This document shows, piece after piece, positions 19,573-28,962 of a DNA stretch of 64,000 nucleotides (position 1 is the stretch's first letter; each line of letters begins with the position of its first letter). Source of the stretch: Stellaceae bacterium (GTDB lineage Bacteria; Pseudomonadota; Alphaproteobacteria; ATCC43930; CGMCC-115725); contig DATKNV010000013.1 of NCBI GenBank assembly GCA_035541215.1, forward strand, positions 8,315 through 72,314, read 5' to 3'. Made by a program: the position numbers and the translations under genes. Under the pieces are notes generated by a model, which was not told the DNA's origin, did not search any database, and worked only from the letters and a program-made list of their open reading frames with translations.

Positions 19573-20793
19573 CTAAGCCTCCGGGCCGAGCGTGGCCGCA
19601 AGGGCGGCCCGGAGTCCGGCGATGTCCTCGGCGAAGCTCCATCCCGCGAGGATCGAGCGGGATTGGAGCCCCATGCGAGCGGCCCGGTCGCGATCCCGCA
19701 GGATCTCTCCGAGAGCGTCCGCGAGCGCCCTCGCGTCTCCCGCGGGATAGACGAACCCGTTGATGCCGGTTCTCACCAAATCCCGCGCGCACCCGACGCG
19801 GTCGCTGACCACGATCGGCCTGCCGACCGCCATCACCTCGTTCACGACGAGGCCCCAGGGCTCGCTCGTGGACGGCAGCACGAATGCGTCGCAGAGATCG
19901 TAGAGCGCCGGCAGCTCCGTCTGATTGCGGAAGCCGAGAAAGCGCACGTCGCTCAGTCCCTTGGCACGCGCTTCGGCCTCGAGGCCGGCGCGCAGCGCGC
20001 CGTCTCCCACGAACAGGAGATAGGGTCTCGCCTCCGCGCGGGATTGCGGGACCAGATGCTCGTAAGCGCGCAGCAGCTCGTCCGGGCGCTTGCGCGCCTC
20101 GAATTTGGAAGCGTAGAGCACGACCGGGCGGCCGGGGTCGAGATCAAGTGCGCGGCGGCGCTCCTCGCGCGAGGGCGCGGCCGCGCGGGCCCGCTCGGCG
20201 AAGAATTCGTTGTCGACGCAATAGGGCATCCAGAAAATTCGCTCGGCCGCGATGCCGTGCGCGAGATAGTAGCTGCGATTGGCGCTGCCGATCGCGAGGA
20301 ACCCATCGACGATCCCGGAGAGCGACCGAAAGAAGAGCCGCTTCGCCTGCCGACGAAACCGCGAGCGCTCGGCGCTGAAAGCGGTCGCTTCGTCCCGCAA
20401 CAGGACCTTGAGGCCGGATGCCTTGGCGCAGAGCATCGCGGCCCAATTCACGCACCGCGCATATCCATGCACCCAGAGCGCGTCGAAGTTTCGCCGCCGG
20501 AGCCGTCTTGCGAATCCCCAGCTCACGGGCCGCTGCGCCGTCACGGGACCGTGGCGCCAGAGACCGGGAAGAAACTCGTATCGATAGCCCTCGAGCAGCG
20601 GCACGTCCCATCGAAGCGTATGCCCGAAGCCTCGATCGGCATAGGGTCCGAGGGAAAGGTCCGACTGGAAGAGCACCGTCAAGTCGATGTCGGGCTGCGC
20701 TGCGATCTGCCTCAGCATCGGCGCCTGGTATTGGATCGGATGGCTTACGAGATAGGCCACCCTCCACTTCTGCCGCGAGCTTCTTTCCGGCAT
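19573..20793 (-). CDS. glycosyltransferase family 4
   Basis: AFVLPSTSEPWGLVVNEVMAVGRPIVVS motif. ATG at 20793; 3-4 nt gaps to neighbouring genes. Confidence 0.85.
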   Translation of the reverse strand: MPERSSRQKWRVAYLVSHPIQYQAPMLRQIAAQPDIDLTVLFQSDLSLGPYADRGFGHTLRWDVPLLEGYRYEFLPGLWRHGPVTAQRPVSWGFARRLRRRNFDALWVHGYARCVNWAAMLCAKASGLKVLLRDEATAFSAERSRFRRQAKRLFFRSLSGIVDGFLAIGSANRSYYLAHGIAAERIFWMPYCVDNEFFAERARAAAPSREERRRALDLDPGRPVVLYASKFEARKRPDELLRAYEHLVPQSRAEARPYLLFVGDGALRAGLEAEARAKGLSDVRFLGFRNQTELPALYDLCDAFVLPSTSEPWGLVVNEVMAVGRPIVVSDRVGCARDLVRTGINGFVYPAGDARALADALGEILRDRDRAARMGLQSRSILAGWSFAEDIAGLRAALAATLGPEA

Positions 20794-20797
20794 CGGC

Positions 20798-21964
20798 CTA
20801 CTCCAGCACCGGCAAAAGTTTCTCGCAGGCGGCCCTCGCGTACATCCCTTCATATTCCGCGGCGAGCCCCTGCCAGCTGAAACGCGCGCGTACCAGCGCC
20901 CCTCCCCGCCGCCCCATCTCCGCGGCCGCCTCCGGATGAGAAATGAGGTATCGCAGGTGGGTCGTGAAATCCGCGGCAGTGGGTGGCGCCGTCAGGCCGG
21001 CCCCTGCCTCTCGAATCTCCCTCCATATGTTGACGCGATCGGATATCACCACGGGAATTCCGCACGCGGCGGCCTCGACGACGGAGAGGCCGAAATTCTC
21101 GCTTTGAGAGGGCAGCAGGAAGACGTCGCTGCCGGCGAGCACCGCGCGCTTTTCCTCGCCCGCGATCATGCCCGTGAGCAAAGCCCGCTTGGTGAGATCG
21201 CGCTCGCGGATCAGTGCCTCGGCATCGCTCCGAACGCCATCGTCGGGCCCGGCGATGAGCAAGAAGAGATCGTCGCGCCCTCGCGCGGCCTCCGCGAATG
21301 CCTCGATGACGACGTCGACCCCCTTTTTCCGGCTCAACCGCCCCAGGAACAGGACGACCTTCCGGTCCCCGATCTTCGGGTAAAGGGCGCGCAGGGCGGA
21401 GCGCGAGGGAAGCCGCTCGAGCTCCTCGAGGTCGACGCCTATCGGAATGATGGCGCCGCGAGAATTCCGAGCCCGCGCGCGCGCGAGCCGCCATTCCTCC
21501 TCCGCCGTGTAGTGCAATCCGGCCGCCCGTCGCAGAACGCGGTTTTGAAACAGGATGTCGACGACCGATTTGCGCCAGCGGTGTCGATCGTAGATGTAGG
21601 GATCGAGCGTACCGTGCGGCTCGACGATGTACGGCCTGTCATGGCACCAGCAGTAATGCGCGCAGACCCAGTCGTGAAACAAGTAGAGGGAGTGAAGGTG
21701 CACCACATCGGCTTCGCGCACGACTTCGGCGAGCCGGCGCCGCAACCCCCAGGAGGTCCCGAAGAAGGCGGGCCAGCTTCCGGGATAGACCTCGATCTCG
21801 ACCCCCGGCGTACGCGCCATCTCGCCCGGTGCAAATCCGCGATCCGTCGCGACGATCCGCACCTCGTGCCCGCGGTGCGCCATGACCTCCGCGAGCCCCA
21901 GACACGCGACGGCGGGGCCTCCCTTTCTGCGGTCGAGATCCGCGAGGGCGTGCAAGATTCTCAT
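20798..21964 (-). CDS. glycosyltransferase family 4
   Basis: VFLLPSQSENFGLSVVEAAACGIPVVIS motif. ATG at 21964 (MRILHAL...). Confidence 0.85.
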   Translation of the reverse strand: MRILHALADLDRRKGGPAVACLGLAEVMAHRGHEVRIVATDRGFAPGEMARTPGVEIEVYPGSWPAFFGTSWGLRRRLAEVVREADVVHLHSLYLFHDWVCAHYCWCHDRPYIVEPHGTLDPYIYDRHRWRKSVVDILFQNRVLRRAAGLHYTAEEEWRLARARARNSRGAIIPIGVDLEELERLPSRSALRALYPKIGDRKVVLFLGRLSRKKGVDVVIEAFAEAARGRDDLFLLIAGPDDGVRSDAEALIRERDLTKRALLTGMIAGEEKRAVLAGSDVFLLPSQSENFGLSVVEAAACGIPVVISDRVNIWREIREAGAGLTAPPTAADFTTHLRYLISHPEAAAEMGRRGGALVRARFSWQGLAAEYEGMYARAACEKLLPVLE

Positions 21965-22012
21965 CCCAAGGATCCCGGGTCCCGGCCATTCCATCCGGCA
22001 AGGCCGATCGGC

Positions 22013-23458
22013 TCAAGCATTGGAGCTCGTACGGACCGATTGCGCGACGGCCATCCCCAGGAGCGCCGCGTAGAGCGTCGCGACGCCCGGCATCTCCAGG
22101 CTGAAATCCACGGCGGAATGGACCGCCGCCAGCACCGATGCGCCGACGCCGACGCAAGCGAAGATCGCATTCCGCCGTCGCCCGATGACACCGAGGCCGC
22201 AACGTACCGTCAGCGCCGCAGGGATCGCGAAAAAAAGCAGCACCATCGGAATCCCGAGCTCGAGCATGGCTTGCAGATATTCGTCATGCGCGTACTCCAC
22301 GCGCTTCGTCTCCGACTGCGATTGATGGGCCGGAAAGACGTACTCGAAGGTTCCTAGACCCGTTCCCAGGACCGAGTGCTCCCGGATTGCCGCAACCGTC
22401 CCGGCATAGATTTCGGCGCGACCGATCGCGTCCTCGTTGCTACCGCCCAATCGCTCGAGCGCGCCGCTCCCGGCGACGACGATCATGACGGCCGCGCCAG
22501 CGGAGGCGAGCGCCGTCATCGGCCAGCGCCAGGGACCGCGCAAGGACGGCGCGCACAGCGCCGCCACGACCAATGCAGCGACGCCGCAGAGCGTCGCGAT
22601 CATGCCGCCGCGGGAATGCGTGAGCAGCAGCGCCGAGGCCGTCAGCGTCGAGCCGAGCAGCGGCCAGATACCGTGCCGCAGCGCGGCCTCGACCGAGGAA
22701 TGGAAGAGCGTACGCCACGTCCGCGCGTCGATGCGCTCGGCGAGAATCTGCGCCATCACGCCGACATTCGCGACGAGGCAGAGTCCCAGGAACGTCGCGA
22801 ATGAATTGCGATTTACGAAGCTTCCCGTGAGGTCCTCAGTGTAGGCGGTCTTCCGATACCAGAGGACGTATTCATTGCCGGAGAAGTAGGCCGCCAGGCC
22901 GTAAAGCGCATATCCCGCCCCGATGAAGGCAACCGCCCGCAGCACCGCCTGGGCCCCCTGGCTGCGCCGTCCCACGGCCCAGGCCACCAGAAAGACCGCC
23001 GCATAAGTCAACAAGCGCAAGAGGTGCCCAAGGGAGCGCTCGCGCGCGAGGCTGATGGAGCGCTCCACGGGCGCGCCCAGGGCGCGCGCCGCCTGGTCCC
23101 AAAGCGCCGCATTCCAATCCGCGAACATCGCCGGGAACTGCTGGAGCACGATCCAGGCGGTGACGAAGGCGGCCATGATCGCCGGCAGGCGCAGGACTCG
23201 CAGCTGCTCCCTCGGAGCGGGATCGGCGAGCTCGCCCGCGAAGGCGAGAATCAGCAGCACGCCGCTCGAAATTCCGAGCACGGACCATGCCGTGGCGTTC
23301 ACCGACGCCAGCGGCAACGGTGCCAATCCCAGAACGAGGAGCAGGCCTCCGCGAAGCACGAGCCGCAAGGAATGGCCCGAGCCTCGCGCATTCTCGGCTC
23401 GACGATCCGATGCCATGACCCCCGGGGTCGTCATCGCCGGATGCTCGGGAACCGCCAT
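22013..23458 (-). CDS. O-antigen ligase family (Wzy_C-like) membrane protein
   Basis: Polytopic, with LLTHSRGGMIA and a periplasmic-loop pattern typical of the O-antigen ligase/polymerase family. Confidence 0.75.
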   Translation of the reverse strand: MAVPEHPAMTTPGVMASDRRAENARGSGHSLRLVLRGGLLLVLGLAPLPLASVNATAWSVLGISSGVLLILAFAGELADPAPREQLRVLRLPAIMAAFVTAWIVLQQFPAMFADWNAALWDQAARALGAPVERSISLARERSLGHLLRLLTYAAVFLVAWAVGRRSQGAQAVLRAVAFIGAGYALYGLAAYFSGNEYVLWYRKTAYTEDLTGSFVNRNSFATFLGLCLVANVGVMAQILAERIDARTWRTLFHSSVEAALRHGIWPLLGSTLTASALLLTHSRGGMIATLCGVAALVVAALCAPSLRGPWRWPMTALASAGAAVMIVVAGSGALERLGGSNEDAIGRAEIYAGTVAAIREHSVLGTGLGTFEYVFPAHQSQSETKRVEYAHDEYLQAMLELGIPMVLLFFAIPAALTVRCGLGVIGRRRNAIFACVGVGASVLAAVHSAVDFSLEMPGVATLYAALLGMAVAQSVRTSSNA

Positions 23459-23464
23459 TGCGGC

Positions 23465-24250
23465 TCAGCGCGGCTCGTGGTTCACGAGGCGATCCTCGAT
23501 CAGGTAGAGCGAGAGCAATAGCTCGGCGACCACTCTCTGATAGGTGTAGTACCAGCCCGCCGGACCCGCCAGGAGCATGCGCTTCGCGAAGAGGCAATAG
23601 AGAAGGACCGCAATCGGCGCGAGGACGCGCCGCAAGCGGATTCGGTCGGCACGGCCGAGCTCTCGCGCGGAAGAAGCGAGCAGCTTGTCGCGCTCGAGCC
23701 TCGCATAGGCGTCCTGCGCCCCGACCCAGCGCGTCAGGGATTTGCGGTCGTCATGATCGACCAGGTGGCGCAGCGATCGCACGCGACCGGAGACGGAGAG
23801 GCGCTGCGTGTGCCCGTCCTGTACGTAGCTCGCCTGCGTCGGCCGGAAGAGGACGATACGCGGAGGATAAATCGAGCGGGGTAGCGGGTGGCCAAGGACG
23901 CAATAGCGAAACGCCGCCTCGTATCCCGCGGTGTCCGGCTCGGGGACGAGGCCTTCGATCTCCCGGACCAATTCGCCGGAAACGATGTAATCGGCATCGA
24001 GACCCAATACCCAGGACGTCGAGATGGAGGTCGCGTTCAGGGCATAGCGCCATTGCTCCGCATGCTCACGGAACGGGTGCTGAAAAACCCGCACGGAGGG
24101 AAATCGCCGCAGTATCTCCAGCGTCCCATCGTCGCTGCCGCTATCGACCACGACGATGTCCTTGGCCCATCCGAGACGTTCGAGCGTGCGCCCGATGTTC
24201 GGTTCCTCGTTGCGGGTGAGGATCACGGGCGTGATGTCATCGAGCCGCAA
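23465..24250 (-). CDS. glycosyltransferase family 2
   Basis: PVILTRNEEPNIGRTLE...VVVDSGSDDGT...LDADY GT2 motifs. Confidence 0.85.
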   Translation of the reverse strand: MRLDDITPVILTRNEEPNIGRTLERLGWAKDIVVVDSGSDDGTLEILRRFPSVRVFQHPFREHAEQWRYALNATSISTSWVLGLDADYIVSGELVREIEGLVPEPDTAGYEAAFRYCVLGHPLPRSIYPPRIVLFRPTQASYVQDGHTQRLSVSGRVRSLRHLVDHDDRKSLTRWVGAQDAYARLERDKLLASSARELGRADRIRLRRVLAPIAVLLYCLFAKRMLLAGPAGWYYTYQRVVAELLLSLYLIEDRLVNHEPR

Positions 24251-25319
24251 GATTCGCCTCCCCGCTCACGGACTGTCGTTGGCCCCTTTGCTCCAGCGCA
24301 CGCAATACGGATGCGGCGACGATGGAAGGCGCTATCGATTCCATCCCGCTCGTAGGCGTGCTGGGCCGGTGCACGACATGATCCCTGCCAAAGGGATACC
24401 ATCTCCCCGGCGCGTCCTTGTTGCTGAAGACGGCGACGCAGCGGGTGCCGACCGCGGCTGCCAAATGCATGGGGCCGCTGTCGTGACACATCAGGAGCTC
24501 GGCGCGCCGAACCGCGGCCGCGCTCAGGCGCGGCGAGAGCCGTCCGCAGAGATTGAGTACGGGACCTCCCCAGTGCTCCGCGATCTGCTGCGAGCGCTCG
24601 CGATCCTCCGCGGCTCCAAGCAGCATCAGGCGCAGGTCCGGGCGCGCAAGGAGGTCCAGGACCTGCCGCCAGTTGGAATCCCCCCAATCGTTGATGGGCT
24701 GCTTGGTCCCTACGCTCAGGCCGACCATCGACATGTCGCGCGCGCCACGCGGCGTCGCCTCCTCGACGATGCGATCGGCCTCCAGCCGCTCCGCATGCGA
24801 GAGGGCAAGATCCCAGCTTCGCGGATCGTCGCAATCGATCGTGCCGAGCGGCGCCAAGCAGCGCGCCAATCGCTCTGCCTCCCGCTCGCACAAGCCCTCG
24901 TCGGATTCCACGGCCCGGGGCCGGCGCAAGTCTCGTGCAAACGGAAAGCCCACCGAGCCTCGAACGCCGCAGAGACGGAAGAACATGTAATCACGCCATA
25001 CCGCGAGAGCGCTCGGCCGATCCACGAGGTAGACGAGACGGTCGGGCGCCTCCGCCCGAATCTTCCGAGCGAGAGCGCCGATCTCCCGGATATCGTGGCT
25101 GCCGGCGCGAAACTCGACGTATCGATCGACGAGTCCGGTTCCCTGCAAGACGCTCGAGGCCGCAGCCGCCCTGCGCTCGACGGGCGCGTTGGTCAGCAGC
25201 ACGATCTCGGCGGAAGGGTGCCGTCCGCGCAGGAAATGCAAGCATGGCAGCGCCACCACGAAATCCCCGATGCTGCCGAGCCGAAAAATCAAGAGCCGCT
25301 CGATCCCCGCGCTAGGCAT
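24237..25319 (-). CDS. glycosyltransferase family 9 (heptosyltransferase-like)
   Basis: RLLIFRLGSIGDFVVALP N-terminus and LLMCHDSGPMHLAAAVG motif. ATG at 25319; the long upstream extension was rejected. Confidence 0.8.
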   Translation of the reverse strand: MPSAGIERLLIFRLGSIGDFVVALPCLHFLRGRHPSAEIVLLTNAPVERRAAAASSVLQGTGLVDRYVEFRAGSHDIREIGALARKIRAEAPDRLVYLVDRPSALAVWRDYMFFRLCGVRGSVGFPFARDLRRPRAVESDEGLCEREAERLARCLAPLGTIDCDDPRSWDLALSHAERLEADRIVEEATPRGARDMSMVGLSVGTKQPINDWGDSNWRQVLDLLARPDLRLMLLGAAEDRERSQQIAEHWGGPVLNLCGRLSPRLSAAAVRRAELLMCHDSGPMHLAAAVGTRCVAVFSNKDAPGRWYPFGRDHVVHRPSTPTSGMESIAPSIVAASVLRALEQRGQRQSVSGEANLAAR

Positions 25320-25372
25320 CGGATCGCTCCATGCCGCCCGAGCCCGGTCGAAGCGGTGAGTGCGATTTGAGA

Positions 25373-26032
25373 CTATCGACTCTTGGCAAGCTCCGCCTCG
25401 AATCTTAGGAGCTCGTCCGGGCTGGAGGCGAGCAGGATGCGCGCGATCCGCGCGGCACCGCGCGCGGTCACGATCCGGACCAAGGAAGAGACCGAGCGCT
25501 GCGCCTCGAGCCGAAACTGACCCTTCATGAGCTCCCTGCCCTCCTCGTCGAGCCGGTGAAAGAGGTCGATTCCTAGGCCGCAGCGCCAAGTTACGAGCGA
25601 CGGCGACCACGGCGTCGCCAGGATCGAAGCCTCGAGCGCAGCGGCGGCGCGGCGCCCGTCCCCGCGGGCGAGCTCGGCGGAGGCGAGGCCGGCCCACGCG
25701 GCTCCGTCGCCGGGCACTCGCGAGACGTAGGCGCGAAATTCCTCCGCCGCACGGGAAATCAGGGCCGCTCTGTCGCTCTCAGGGATCGACGCGCCGTCGG
25801 CGGCGCTGAGCAAGGCGAAGGCGAGATCGATCCGCTCCGAATCGGACCAGGCGGCCTCGCGCAGCAGCCGGGCGGCACCCTCGGGTGTGACGCGCCGTTC
25901 GGTCGCAGGCCCGAGCCGCTCGTCGAAGGCCGATTTGTGGAACGCGCTCACGGCGATCGGCGCACCGAGCGCGATGACTGCGACGGACAGCGACAGTTCG
26001 ATCAGTGCAAGCCTGGACACCCGCAGCGCCAT
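25373..26032 (-). CDS. hypothetical membrane-anchored protein
   Basis: Single N-terminal TM (LALIELSLSVAVIALGAPIAV), then an Ala/Arg-rich helical region. Sits within the EPS operon; no family recognised. Confidence 0.5.
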   Translation of the reverse strand: MALRVSRLALIELSLSVAVIALGAPIAVSAFHKSAFDERLGPATERRVTPEGAARLLREAAWSDSERIDLAFALLSAADGASIPESDRAALISRAAEEFRAYVSRVPGDGAAWAGLASAELARGDGRRAAAALEASILATPWSPSLVTWRCGLGIDLFHRLDEEGRELMKGQFRLEAQRSVSSLVRIVTARGAARIARILLASSPDELLRFEAELAKSR

Positions 26033-26041
26033 CGCCCGACT

Positions 26042-28261
26042 TCAGGCCCTGTTGTAATAGCCCTTGTCCCGCCCGTAATAGTACGCGGAATCCGCGTAAT
26101 TGTAGGATCTGTGCCGGCGCGTGTTCACTCGCGACAGCACGGCGCCGGCGAGGTGGCCGCCGTTCGCCCGCAACTGCTTGACGGCGCCGATCACCGCCTG
26201 GCGCGGGGTACGCTCCCAGCGCACGATGTACATGGTCGTGTCCACGATATGCGACAGCACGATTGCGTCGGAGACCGCGAGCACGGGGGGCGAGTCGATC
26301 ACGATGAGGTCGTAGTGCGCCCGCATTCCCTCGAGGAAGGATCGCATGTGCTGCGATCCCAGGAGATCCTGCGGGTTGGCGGTTCCGCCCTTGGCGGAGA
26401 TGAAATGCATTCCCGAGCCCTCGTCCACCCGCACGACGGACTCCGGCGTCGCGCTCCCCTCGAAGAGGTCGACGAGCCCGGGCCCTTCCGCCGCACTCAG
26501 CATCTTCGCCACCCCCGGGCGGCGCAGGTCGCAATCGACCAGCAGGGCGCGCCCGCCGGAGCGCGCAACGCTGCGCGCGAGCGAGGCCGCAAACACCGTC
26601 TTGCCTTCGGAGGGCAGCGAGGAGGTCACCAGCACGAGCTTCGGCGGATTGTCGACGTCCGAGAACCGGAGCGCCGTTCGGACCGATCGGATCGCCTCGG
26701 AGTATTGCGAGACGGGCTCCGCCACGACGACGCGTTCCGGCCGCTTGCCGCGCGCAAGCTGCGGCACCATGCCGAGGGTCGGCAAGGCCAGCGATTTTTC
26801 CAGCTGGTCCGAGGTCCTGAATCCGTTGTCGAGCCGCTCGAGCATGAGCGCTATCAAGACGCCGCAGAACAGCGCCGCCGCCGCCGCGACGCTCAGATAG
26901 AGCGATTTGTTCGGATAGGACGGACCCGCCGGCGGGGTCGCCACCGCGACCGCGCGCGCGTCCGGTTGCTGGATATCCTCTTGCACGCTGGTCTGCTGGA
27001 ACCGCTTGAGGAAATCCTCATAGAGCGCCTTGCTCGCCTGCGCCTCGCGCTCGAGCTCGGCGAGCTGCACCTGGGCCTTGTCCTGCTCGGTGGTGGATTG
27101 CTGCAGCTTCGCGAGCGCGGCCTTGATCGATTCCTCGCGAGCGCGCGCGACGTTCAGCTGATCGACCAGGGTACGATTGGCCGCGGCAATTTCCTGCCCG
27201 ATCTTGGCGCGCACGTCGCGAATCTGCGCGGCCAGATTGATCATCGTGGGATGCTCCGACTTGTAGCGGGTCGCGAGCTCCGCCTGGTGCCGCAGCAGCT
27301 CCGCCTCCTGCTCCTTGAGCTTGTCGAGCAAGGGCGAGCTCGCGCTGCCGCGCATTTCTCGCACCGCGGCCTCTTTCTGCTGGCGGTCGGCCGTCGCGAT
27401 GATCAGCTGCGAGTTGAGCTCCGCGAGCTGCTGGCTGGTCCCGGTGGTGCCGGATTGCGAGAGGTTGTGCTCCTGCTTGAAGAGCTGGACCGCGCGCTCC
27501 GCGGTCTGCACCTTCTCCCTTAGATCGGTCAGGTGGTCGTTGAGCCACGCGCTCGCGCGCCGCGTCGCCTCGAACTTGGCCTCGAGCTGATCCGTGAGAT
27601 AGGCCTCGACATAGGCGTTGGCGATCTTGGCCGCGAGCTCCGGGCTCTCGGACTGCGCGCTGATCTTGATGATGTATGAGGTGCCGTCGTTGAAGGCCGC
27701 GACCCTGCCGCCGAGGGCGGGCGCGACGTCGGCCGGCGTGAGCTGACGCGGCGGCGAGGCGCCGGCGGGAGCATCGGCGGAATCGTCCCCGAGCAGCGCC
27801 GAGACCTGACGTCCGATCCAGGCCATCGGTGCGAACTTCGGAGGACGGGCGAGATAGGGGTTGAATTCGGGCTCGTTCTCGAGGCGCAGCGCGGTCGCCA
27901 CGCGCTCGGCGATCCTAGGAGAAGTGATGAGCTGAACCTGGGTCGCGATCAGCATCGAGCTGTCCCCTTCGCCCGACAGCACGCTCTTGATGTCGAGCAG
28001 TTGCAGCCTCTGCTGCTCGAGCATCAGCGTGGCTTGGGCCGTGTAGCGCGGGGTCAGTTGGTAGACGTACACCGTCGCGAGCGACATGATGACGGCGGCG
28101 AAGCCGGCGATCACGGCGATCCTCCGCCGGAGCATGGAGACGATCTCACGGAGATCGATCCCCTCGGACTCCATCTCGCGCGCGGCGACGCCGGGAAACA
28201 GCCGCTGCAGCCGCTTCGGATCTGCCTCCGCAGGAGGGCGCGCGTGCATGGTGTCGTTCAT
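26042..28261 (-). CDS. polysaccharide co-polymerase / tyrosine autokinase (Wzc/ExoP/GumC-like)
   Basis: N-terminal Wzz-like segment and long coiled coil, P-loop SSLPSEGKT, VIDSPPV Walker B-like motif, and a Tyr-rich C-terminal tail (YNYADSAYYYGRDKGYY). Confidence 0.9.
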   Translation of the reverse strand: MNDTMHARPPAEADPKRLQRLFPGVAAREMESEGIDLREIVSMLRRRIAVIAGFAAVIMSLATVYVYQLTPRYTAQATLMLEQQRLQLLDIKSVLSGEGDSSMLIATQVQLITSPRIAERVATALRLENEPEFNPYLARPPKFAPMAWIGRQVSALLGDDSADAPAGASPPRQLTPADVAPALGGRVAAFNDGTSYIIKISAQSESPELAAKIANAYVEAYLTDQLEAKFEATRRASAWLNDHLTDLREKVQTAERAVQLFKQEHNLSQSGTTGTSQQLAELNSQLIIATADRQQKEAAVREMRGSASSPLLDKLKEQEAELLRHQAELATRYKSEHPTMINLAAQIRDVRAKIGQEIAAANRTLVDQLNVARAREESIKAALAKLQQSTTEQDKAQVQLAELEREAQASKALYEDFLKRFQQTSVQEDIQQPDARAVAVATPPAGPSYPNKSLYLSVAAAAALFCGVLIALMLERLDNGFRTSDQLEKSLALPTLGMVPQLARGKRPERVVVAEPVSQYSEAIRSVRTALRFSDVDNPPKLVLVTSSLPSEGKTVFAASLARSVARSGGRALLVDCDLRRPGVAKMLSAAEGPGLVDLFEGSATPESVVRVDEGSGMHFISAKGGTANPQDLLGSQHMRSFLEGMRAHYDLIVIDSPPVLAVSDAIVLSHIVDTTMYIVRWERTPRQAVIGAVKQLRANGGHLAGAVLSRVNTRRHRSYNYADSAYYYGRDKGYYNRA

Positions 28262-28370
28262 CTCGCCTATTCCTCTCGGTCGACGCGGACTAGGCCCTGC
28301 GCCGCTGGAATCGAAGAAATAGCAGCCGGTGTGGTTAAGAAGGTCTTACGCGGCCCTTCGCACGCGATCG

Positions 28371-28910
28371 TCAAAAGAACCGTTCGTGAATCCGGATCAC
28401 GTCGCCGGGCAGGACGACGGTGTCCTCCTGCACCTCTACTTCGCTGCCTTGCGGGTTTGCTGCCCGTTTCGCCGTAATGTTATTCCTGTTGGCACGGGGC
28501 GTATAGCCGCCCGCCAGGGCCACCGCGTTGAGCACCGTCATCCCGCTGACGTAGGGGTAACTGCCGGGATTCTTGACCTCCCCCAGGATGAAGAACGGCC
28601 GATAGTTCAGCACTTCGACATTGACCCGTGGATTGACGAGATAGTCTTTCCCGTATTTCTGGGTGATCAGTTCCTGGGCCTCGCTGATCGTGAGTCCGCC
28701 GACCTTCACCTGTCCGATTAGGGGCAATGCCACCAACCCCTGGTCGTTGACGTCGAAGTCGCCGGAAAGGTCCTTCTCGTTGAAGACCGTGACCCGCAGC
28801 TTGTCGCCGCTGCCGAGGCGATAGCCCGCGACATCCGCCAGGGCGCAGGATGACCACAGGCCGCAGAAACCGAATATGAGCAGCCCAGCCAGCCAAAGGC
28901 GCTTCAGCAT
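28371..28910 (-). CDS. polysaccharide export protein (Wza/ExoF-like, Poly_export + SLBB)
   Basis: YRLGSGDKLRVTVF...GQVKVGGLT..E...I and LPGDVIRI motifs. ATG at 28910; the alternative start is 28943. Confidence 0.9.
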   Translation of the reverse strand: MLKRLWLAGLLIFGFCGLWSSCALADVAGYRLGSGDKLRVTVFNEKDLSGDFDVNDQGLVALPLIGQVKVGGLTISEAQELITQKYGKDYLVNPRVNVEVLNYRPFFILGEVKNPGSYPYVSGMTVLNAVALAGGYTPRANRNNITAKRAANPQGSEVEVQEDTVVLPGDVIRIHERFF

Positions 28911-28962
28911 CGCGCTGCAGCGGTCACTCATTCGAGGCTCCACCTCTCATACCCGGCAGCCG

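Noticed and set aside
18385-20880. 831-aa ORF on the + strand
   Set aside because: It runs antisense to three well-supported GT4 genes. The translation is Arg/Gly/His/Pro-rich low complexity with no motifs, typical of a shadow ORF in GC-rich DNA.
25937-27523. 528-aa ORF on the + strand (and, similarly, 46026..47552 on the - strand)
   Set aside because: Antisense to the Wzc-like gene and the ABC transporter gene respectively. Both sense genes carry clear Walker and signature motifs.
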